Shown here piece by piece: positions 57,623 through 64,000 of a stretch of 64,000 nucleotides of DNA. The stretch's first letter is position 1. Each line of letters opens with the position of its first letter. Source of the DNA: Terriglobia bacterium (GTDB lineage: Bacteria > Acidobacteriota > Terriglobia > Bryobacterales > UBA6623); NCBI GenBank assembly GCA_009841225.1, contig VXMF01000001.1, positions 40,937-104,936 on the forward strand, given 5' to 3'. A model generated the notes under the pieces. It did no database searches. It saw only the letters and a program-made list of their open reading frames with translations, and had not been told where the DNA came from. Position numbers and translations under genes: made by a program.

Positions 57623-57729
57623 GGTGGTCTCCGAAATACCGACCAGACCGGCACCTGTGTCCAGGTGCCTTGCCACCATTTTCGCAGGAGGCTGGAAAGC
57701 GGGGCCTGGCCGGCCGGAAATCCGTGTCG

Positions 57730-60525
57730 CTACCGATCACCCGGGCTTTGGCTGGACCGGCGTGTGCTGGAACTCGAAGACGGGCGCGCAGATCGGCTCG
57801 AAGAGGAACGCGAGGCCCCGGAGGACGGCGAGCGGCTACCGACCGTCGACCTAGCGCGCGACGACGACGAAGATGACGGCCCGGTCCGGCTGCTACGGCT
57901 CGAGGATGTCGCACCGACTGTCGGGCGGCGATAGCTTGGCGTGGAGCGCTGGCCCCTCGAACTGCCGAAGCCGCCAGAGGAGCTTTGCCGGCTAGCGGAC
58001 CGGCCGCTCCCCGTGCCAAACGACCCTCCGCTGCTGGGAGGCCTCGGGCTCACGCGGCTCGACGTTCGCGATGACGAGCGCGAGCTCACCCCGGAAGGCG
58101 AGCTCCGCCTGGAACTCGACGATGTGCCAGGTCCGATCTGGCTACGGCGACTAGAGGACGTGGCACCGACGGTTGGGCGGCGATTGCTTGGCGTGGAGCG
58201 CTGGCTGCGCGAAGTGCCGAAGCTGCCGCGGCTGCTCGAAGACCCAGGGCTAATCCGGCTCCGCGTTCGAGCCGGAAACGAGGAGCCCGTTGACGACCCG
58301 GAGCCTTGTCGCACGCCTCGATTCGCACTTGCTGTGCCAGTGACCGAAGAACGCGATCCCGTGACCGCCGGCGGTGAGGACGGCCGCACTCGGCTCGGGC
58401 TGGAAGGCCTCGTGGCAGGCGAAGCCGTACGAGCCGAAGTGCTGCCAGCTGGCCGCGAGGTGCCAAACGTCCCACTCGATCGCGTCCCAATACTTTGGCG
58501 GGACGTTCGCAGCGTCGTTCCGCTGTTAGTTCCGACACCGACCCTAGATTGGTTCCTAGGTGCGAATACCGGGCCATGCGCCGGCGACGATGTGGTGGCA
58601 GACGCAGAAGTCGCTGCCGGGGACTGCCGACGGGATTGCGACGAGACGCGGGGGGACGCAGGAAGCGTGCGCGCGCCGCCCTGCGGTGTCTGCGCCGCGG
58701 TGACAGCCGAGCGGGGTCGCGGACTTGATCCGGCTGTCGGGACCCGACTGGAAGTTCGGGCGCTAGCGCCTGTCTCGCCGCGCACAACAGATCCGGCGGT
58801 GGGCGTCCGGGTCGACGCAGTGCTCGCTGGACCGAGCGTCCCGCTTCTGGCTGCGACCGCCGTAGACGGACTTGCGGGCTCGGTCCCGTCACGACGGTTC
58901 GTCGCGGAAGCGGCTCCGACACCGCGACGCTGTGATTGCAGCGGCGAGGTTGACGGATTCACGGCTTGCTCCCGCCGTGTCTGCGCGCCTGCTGTCCCTA
59001 CCGGGCGTGCCGCAACGGCCCGAACCGTACCTGCGCGCGTGCTAGTGCTCGACGCCACGGCGGCGGGTCTCGAGTCGTGCCGGCGCTGAAAGTCGTCCAC
59101 GGAAGAACGCAAGAACTTGCGCTGATCATCAAACGATACTCTCGCCGTGCCGTCACGCAGCTGTGACACAGATGCGCGGTTCCAAGCTCTCGGCGAGGAT
59201 ACGCGAACGCTGCTCGAAGACCCCGGCAGCACTCGGCCTTGGCTGGCTCGGCTAGGCACCACTGGCAGCGGACCTCGAATCGCGACGCCGCGCGCAGACT
59301 GCGCCAGACGCATTCCGCGCGGCGTGTTGGCTCCCGCGGCGCCAAACTGATCGGCTTCAAGATAAGAGACGGCTGACCCACCCGGTCCGCTGCGGGCGTA
59401 GCGGTAGTTGGTGATGATATTGACACTGTTGTCGACGACGATAGTGTTTCCCACCGCCGAGCGACCCAGCCCGAACCCGTAGACCGACCGACCGTACCAA
59501 GGCCAGTACAACTCTCCTGGCGCCAGGGGCACCCAGCCGATATGACCGAAGGTCGCGCCGCGAATCGCGGCGCCGATGAACGATACGAGAGCGGGTCGCC
59601 AGATGTGCCGCAGCCGGGGGGATCCCGGATACCAGCCCCAGCCCCAGATCGGGTCATAGTGCCAGCGCCCCCAGTGTGAGGTGGCCCAGCCCCACGGTGC
59701 GTAGGGCACCCAGTTCCAGCCGTAGTAGTCGATCCAGGTCCAGTGGCCGTGGCGGTAGGGCACCCATGTCGCTGGGACTCGCGGGAACCAGCAGTGGCCC
59801 ACCGAGGAGACATGTCGCCAAGAGCCGTGGTCGTCAAACGTATCGACGCCGTAGATGTCCCGGCTGACGTAGCGATAGGCGCTCGAACGTCGCAATTCCC
59901 GATCGCGATTTGCTGCCCAACGGTCGAATCCGTCCCTATTGCTGGCCCGGCCCACCTCGAATTCCACTCCGGCGGACCCCTGCCACAGCGTGATGGCCTG
60001 ACCTGCGGTCAAGCTGCTCGTGCTGTGTTCCATGGCGATCTCCGTCCTGCCCTCGCGAACCTCGATGACCGTTGAATCGGCCCCAACGTGGATTCGATAG
60101 CGGCCTTTTTCCTGCGGGCGAACGGCCGCGAAGGGAGTCTCGATGTCGATGTCAGCTGCGGAGTCTGGCAGCTCGCTGTATAACGCCGTGCCGTGGATCA
60201 CCCGCACGCGAAACACCTTTTCGCCGAGTTCGACGAACTGGGCCTCGCTATCGGCCACGACGCGGACGAAGTTCCCCGGAGACAGCTGAACCTCGGCCCT
60301 CGACGCATCCGTAGTGCGCACCGAGTCACCCTCGACGAGCGGTGAGTTCACCGTGGTGGCGATCCAATCGCCAGAATCGCCGCGCCGGGTCGCCACATCA
60401 CCCTTGACGACGCTCACGCGCGCAACGCCAAGGTCAGTCCGGGCTGCTTGCGGGCCAGCCGCCGCCGATACCGGAACTAGAGCCACGCCAGCCCACAGCG
60501 AAACGATTAACGCTCTTGCTTGCAT
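57730..60525 (-). CDS. exported FecR-domain + DUF6600 (W/Y/G-rich) protein with ~450-aa Ser/Arg/Thr/Pro-rich C-terminal tail
   Basis: Signal MQARALIVSLWAGVALVPVSAAAG. FecR-like VARVSVVKGDVATRRGDSGDWIATTVNSPLVEGDSVRT. DUF6600-like WVPYRHGHWTWIDYYGWNWVPYAPWGWATSHWGRWHYDPIWGWGWYPG. Residues ~485-931 are low complexity. Confidence 0.8.
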   Translation of the reverse strand: MQARALIVSLWAGVALVPVSAAAGPQAARTDLGVARVSVVKGDVATRRGDSGDWIATTVNSPLVEGDSVRTTDASRAEVQLSPGNFVRVVADSEAQFVELGEKVFRVRVIHGTALYSELPDSAADIDIETPFAAVRPQEKGRYRIHVGADSTVIEVREGRTEIAMEHSTSSLTAGQAITLWQGSAGVEFEVGRASNRDGFDRWAANRDRELRRSSAYRYVSRDIYGVDTFDDHGSWRHVSSVGHCWFPRVPATWVPYRHGHWTWIDYYGWNWVPYAPWGWATSHWGRWHYDPIWGWGWYPGSPRLRHIWRPALVSFIGAAIRGATFGHIGWVPLAPGELYWPWYGRSVYGFGLGRSAVGNTIVVDNSVNIITNYRYARSGPGGSAVSYLEADQFGAAGANTPRGMRLAQSARGVAIRGPLPVVPSRASQGRVLPGSSSSVRVSSPRAWNRASVSQLRDGTARVSFDDQRKFLRSSVDDFQRRHDSRPAAVASSTSTRAGTVRAVAARPVGTAGAQTRREQAVNPSTSPLQSQRRGVGAASATNRRDGTEPASPSTAVAARSGTLGPASTASTRTPTAGSVVRGETGASARTSSRVPTAGSSPRPRSAVTAAQTPQGGARTLPASPRVSSQSRRQSPAATSASATTSSPAHGPVFAPRNQSRVGVGTNSGTTLRTSRQSIGTRSSGTFGTSRPAGSTSARTASPATRPSSPSRVRPSSPPAVTGSRSSVTGTASANRGVRQGSGSSTGSSFPARTRSRISPGSSSSRGSFGTSRSQRSTPSNRRPTVGATSSSRRSQIGPGTSSSSRRSSPSGVSSRSSSRTSSRVSPRPPSSGGSFGTGSGRSASRQSSSGGFGSSRGQRSTPSYRRPTVGATSSSRSSRTGPSSSSSSRARSTVGSRSPSSGASRSSSSRSARPSSSSSTRRSSQSPGDR
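57850..58227 (-). repeat. imperfect intragenic tandem duplication (period 84 aa / 252 nt) inside the SR-rich tail
   Basis: The units GSFGTSRSQRSTPSNRRPTVGATSSSRRSQIGPGTSSSSRRS (nt ~58102..58227) and GGFGSSRGQRSTPSYRRPTVGATSSSRSSRTGPSSSSSSRAR (nt ~57850..57975) are also visible at DNA level (cggcgatWgcttggcgtggagcgctgg twice on the plus strand). Confidence 0.75.
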
Positions 60526-60719
60526 TGCACCGAACCTCCTTGTTGGGGATGTATGCGCGCTTAGATGCGCGTCACTCCGATTCGGTTCCAGATCTTTCTT
60601 GACAAATTTTTGACATCCTCGAACACCAAACGGGATGCCGCCGACAGAGTCCGCGAGCTGACTGGCCAGCCATCCCTAACGGAGCTCGCAGACCACAATC
60701 AGTGCCATAATCTTCGCCA

Positions 60720-62174
60720 GTGAAACGAGCAATAGCGTTGGCGGTCGCCTGTGCCGCAACCCTGGCCGGCCAAGGAGGCTACGACCTTGTAGTCCGCGAC
60801 GGGCGGGTCATCGACCCTGAATCGGGCCTCGACGCCGTGCGGAATGTGGGGGTCATCGCGGGCCGCGTGGTCGCGGTGAGCGAAACGGCCCTGGAAGGAG
60901 CGCGCAGCCTAGATGCTTCCGGGCTCGTCGTGGCACCGGGGTTCATCGACCTTCACCAGCACGGACAGAGCCTCGAGAACTACGCTGCCCAAGTCCGGGA
61001 TGGGATCACGACGGCTCTGGAACTCGAGATCGGCGTTGAGGACATCGAGGCCTGGTATCAAGACCGCCAAGGCAAGGCTTTGCTGAACTACGGCGCGAGT
61101 ATCTCGCACCCCTATTCGAGGCAGCTTGCGATGCTCGGCCACAACCCGGGACTGTCCGGCGAGTCGCTCGCCACGCCTCTGACTGCGCAGCAAACGGTCG
61201 CGCTCGCCAGACGCATCGAGCAAGGGCTTGACCAAGGCGCCCTAGCGGTCGGTTTCGGGCTGGCCTACACGCCGGGAGCCACCAAGGACGAGATCGTAGA
61301 GATGTTCCGCATCGCAACCCGCTATGGGGCTAGCTGCCACGTGCACATGCGGACAGACCTAACGACACTCTCGAATCTGGAAGAGGTCATTTCCGCCGCG
61401 CGAGAAACTGGCGCGCAGGCCCACGTGGTCCATCTCAACAGCAGCGCCCGAGACCGCGTCACGGAGTACTTGGCTCGCATCGAAAGGGCGCAAGCCCGCG
61501 GCGTGGACATCACGACCGAAGCCTATCCATACAATCGCGGCTCGACCCTGATCCAGTCGCACCTCTTCAATCGGTGGCAGGACTACACCGACGAGGAGCT
61601 GTCCCAGTTCATCTGGGTGCGGACCGGCGAGACGCTGACACGCGAGACGTTCCCGGAAAGGCGACGCACCGGGGGCACGATCATCATGCCGCCCCTATAC
61701 AGCGAGGACAGCGTGCGGAAGGCCATTGCCAATCCGCTCGTCATGATCGCCAGCGACGGGATGTGGCTTAGCGGCGGCAGGGCCCATCCCCGCTCGTTCG
61801 GAACATTCTCGCGCGTGCTGGGGCGGTTCGTGCGGGAGCAACAGGCACTGACCCTGACGGAGGCCCTGCGCAAGATGACGGTCATGCCTGCGATGCGCCT
61901 GGAGCAGCGCCTCCCGGCGATGCGCAACAAGGGACGAATCCGGCCTGGCGCAGACGCGGACATCGTGGTGTTCGACCCGGACACCGTGATCGACCGCGGC
62001 ACGTACGCAGATCCGGCGCGCAGCCCGGAGGGCATCAGGCACGTGATCGTGAATGGCGTGCCGGTCGTGGCCGAGGGCCGGCTGGTCGAGGATGCCAGGC
62101 CCGGCCGGGCCGTGCGCGCGAAGCGTTCGTACCCGTTCGCACCGGGCACTACGTGGAGCCGGGCGGGCCACTAG
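60720..62174 (+). CDS. N-acyl-D-amino-acid deacylase (D-aminoacylase) family amidohydrolase, exported
   Basis: YDLVVRDGRVIDPESG...GVIAGRVVAV, then PGFIDLHQH metal motif. C-terminal ADIVVFDP...RHVIVNGVPVV is typical of the family. GTG start. Confidence 0.85.
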   Translation: MKRAIALAVACAATLAGQGGYDLVVRDGRVIDPESGLDAVRNVGVIAGRVVAVSETALEGARSLDASGLVVAPGFIDLHQHGQSLENYAAQVRDGITTALELEIGVEDIEAWYQDRQGKALLNYGASISHPYSRQLAMLGHNPGLSGESLATPLTAQQTVALARRIEQGLDQGALAVGFGLAYTPGATKDEIVEMFRIATRYGASCHVHMRTDLTTLSNLEEVISAARETGAQAHVVHLNSSARDRVTEYLARIERAQARGVDITTEAYPYNRGSTLIQSHLFNRWQDYTDEELSQFIWVRTGETLTRETFPERRRTGGTIIMPPLYSEDSVRKAIANPLVMIASDGMWLSGGRAHPRSFGTFSRVLGRFVREQQALTLTEALRKMTVMPAMRLEQRLPAMRNKGRIRPGADADIVVFDPDTVIDRGTYADPARSPEGIRHVIVNGVPVVAEGRLVEDARPGRAVRAKRSYPFAPGTTWSRAGH

Positions 62175-62789
62175 CGCAGTGGCGAGAAAGGGCGCTCGCA
62201 ACGCGTCGACCCTTCGTCGGTCGCCGGTCGGCCGCGGACTGACAGGAAGGGAGGCGTGAGTTCGTCCGACGGCATGCACGGCTGATCCGGGGGAACTCGG
62301 CGTTCAGTGCCCTTGCCTGCTTCTCGCCTCGAGCCACCAGTGCAGCGCGTCGGCCTTGTTCTTCTAGCAAGCGTGCGACACCTGGAGCAGCGGGCGGTTC
62401 TGATCGTGCAGGTTCACTGAACCTACCTCGATCCTGTTCGAGTTTACGCCCAGACCTGCCTTGCGCCGCCGCGGCGAACGGTCCGGTCGAGCGCCCGTTC
62501 CGTGCAAGCACCGGCAAAGCGGTGCCGGCGGTCAAGGCCTCGGTCCGGATCGGCGACGTGATTGCCGAGGGTCCGGTAGAGCCCGGGGCCAAGAAGGTGG
62601 CGTTCCGAATAGCACTACCGATCGGCAAGGCCCAAACGACGGCCCCTTGTGCGACCCGACACGGCAACGCCCTGAGCTTGCATTTCTCTTACGTGAAAAA
62701 GATGTACGATTGATACTCTTGCATGCAAGTGCAAAGGTAGACCCTCTATCGTTGCTAGACGGGATGGATAAGGTCGGAGGATCGTCAAG

Positions 62790-64000
62790 ATGAAAGCTCA
62801 AACATCCTTAGTTTCGAAATCGATCACTTGTGTTGTCGGTCTGCTCGTGCTGGCCTGCGTTCTTTCCAACGCACGCCCGGCCTCGGCACAGGAAGCTTGC
62901 CCGCTCACGCCTGGTCTAGTTCCGCCCGAGGGCCCGCGCGTAACGGTACAGCAAGTGGAAAGCGGCAGCGCTAGCCTGATGGACTTCGCGTTGGCCGCGA
63001 GGGATCGATTCAGTTCCCTGTCCCACGAAATATCGACCATCGAGCAAGCGTCATACTTCGGATGTCTTGTCAGGCAGGAGGGAACTCCATACCGTTCCGG
63101 TTCTACCTACCTTGTACAGCTGACGCCCGACGGCAGGATATTGGTGCACGCGAAGGCCATGGCGTTGTCGGGCAGGAAGCTAAACCCCTTGATCTATGGC
63201 GAGATTCTCGCTGCTCTAGGAGTCTCCCCAACTGACCTTGCCAATCTGGCTTCTCCAGATCCCGAGGCCGTAGCCCGGTCTGGCGCCGCCGTCTTTCGCA
63301 CGTTGTTGCAACAACCGCATGCTCCATTCGATGCGACCACCCCTATTCCAGGCTTGCGACCGGGTATTCCAGGCGCATCCGGCTACGCTGCCGTGTACTT
63401 TTCGACCAATTTCAGGATTCCGATCCTGCTGCTCACCGGATTCGATCTCGATGAATCTCACCTGGCGAAGGAGGTCATCGATTACGGCAATCCCACTATT
63501 ACTGCCAAGGACGTGGTGGATCGCGAGACCCTGAAGACCTTCGTCACGGAAGCTGGGGAGTTCCTTCTTTCCGTCATGAAGACCGGCGATACAGCCGCTA
63601 TCTCTAGGGCTAGGACTGCCTTGCGCGATCCGAACGGGCCCTGGCGGCACGGTTCCGTGTACATCTACGTCTTGGAGCGTATCAGCAACATCGTCTGGGT
63701 TCACGGCGCGTTTCCCGACAAGTTCGAGCTTCGACCTCTGGTCGGGGACGTCCGAGACACGGTCACCGGCAAACCCGTTCTGCCACAGGTCATCGCTGCG
63801 GCGAACCGTAACCCCGAAGGCGACTTCGTGGAGTATTTCTTCGACGATCCGGCCGACGACTCCGACAGCGCCGAGATCCCCAAAGTGGGCTTCGCGCGCG
63901 CCTTTATCCATACACCCCAGCAGGCTGACGGAACGCGACCCCCAGTGAACTTCATCGTTGGGTCGGGCTTTTACGGGAGTTCGGCTGCGGGCGGCCCGGA
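62790..64000 (+). CDS. exported Cache-like (sCache_2/dCache-type) domain protein, 3' end cut by window edge (ORF not in supplied track)
   Basis: I translated by hand from ATG ~62790 (GGAGG 9 nt upstream). The frame is open for ~403 codons to the window end. Signal CVVGLLVLACVLSNARPASAQE. Cache-like segments GSTYLVQLTPDGRILVHAKA and GSVYIYVLERISNIVWVHGAFPDKFELRPLVGDVRD..GKPV...AAANRNPEGDFVEYFFDDP. Confidence 0.7.
   Translation, partial: MKAQTSLVSKSITCVVGLLVLACVLSNARPASAQEACPLTPGLVPPEGPRVTVQQVESGSASLMDFALAARDRFSSLSHEISTIEQASYFGCLVRQEGTPYRSGSTYLVQLTPDGRILVHAKAMALSGRKLNPLIYGEILAALGVSPTDLANLASPDPEAVARSGAAVFRTLLQQPHAPFDATTPIPGLRPGIPGASGYAAVYFSTNFRIPILLLTGFDLDESHLAKEVIDYGNPTITAKDVVDRETLKTFVTEAGEFLLSVMKTGDTAAISRARTALRDPNGPWRHGSVYIYVLERISNIVWVHGAFPDKFELRPLVGDVRDTVTGKPVLPQVIAAANRNPEGDFVEYFFDDPADDSDSAEIPKVGFARAFIHTPQQADGTRPPVNFIVGSGFYGSSAAGGP

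Noticed and set aside
62149-62667. Possible IS3-type transposase OrfA remnant (…ARLLEEQGRRAALVARGEKQARALNAEF… coiled-coil-like).
   Set aside because: No HTH or DDE motifs, no terminal inverted repeats, and the composition is typical of spurious GC-rich ORFs. The evidence is insufficient to call a mobile element.

Overview
GC-rich bacterial chromosomal window (GC looks roughly mid-60s percent by eye, not computed). The gene content points to Acidobacteriota (Solibacter/Bryobacter-like): three CRTAC1/ASPIC-UnbV paralogs, an ~1170-aa CarboxypepD_reg TonB-dependent receptor, DUF1501, a DUF58/BatA/VWA operon and many Sec/Tat-exported hydrolases. This taxonomic call is inference only. About 47 protein-coding genes can be supported from motifs. 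I saw no rRNA, tRNA, CRISPR array, intact transposase or integrase. Layout: (1) 1-15.5 kb is an exported module of DUF1501, a heptaheme cytochrome, TPR and 3x CRTAC1, interrupted by an antisense ~26-repeat ankyrin gene and ending at a TonB-dependent receptor. (2) 15.7-24 kb holds a two-component system, a ThuA/LarB/beta-propeller operon, ssb, ftsH and tilS. (3) 24-36.7 kb holds exported hydrolases plus a phd/vapC module. (4) 36.7-39.3 kb is an islet that looks lower in GC and carries an ABC-type ATPase translationally coupled to a TOPRIM-like protein; this is the best candidate for an under-described conflict/defence system (OLD/PARIS/AbiL-like logic). (5) 39.3-46 kb holds an S1 protease, an atypical Nramp-fold transporter, an M16 peptidase pair and metF. 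(6) 46.2-48.2 kb is a second islet with a fused XRE-ImmA/IrrE gene, a PIN gene and an orphan HicB-like gene. (7) 48.4-64 kb holds DUF58/BatA/VWA without MoxR, a redoxin, CHAD, a porin, a nucleoside hydrolase, a FecR/DUF6600 protein with a ~450-aa Ser/Arg-rich tail, a D-aminoacylase, and a Cache-like ORF that runs off the window end and is absent from the ORF track. All family assignments come from motif recognition in the translations; no database search was run. Start codons are often uncertain, because the ORF track reports maximal ORFs. Hand-counted coordinates of small nucleotide motifs may be off by 1-2 nt.
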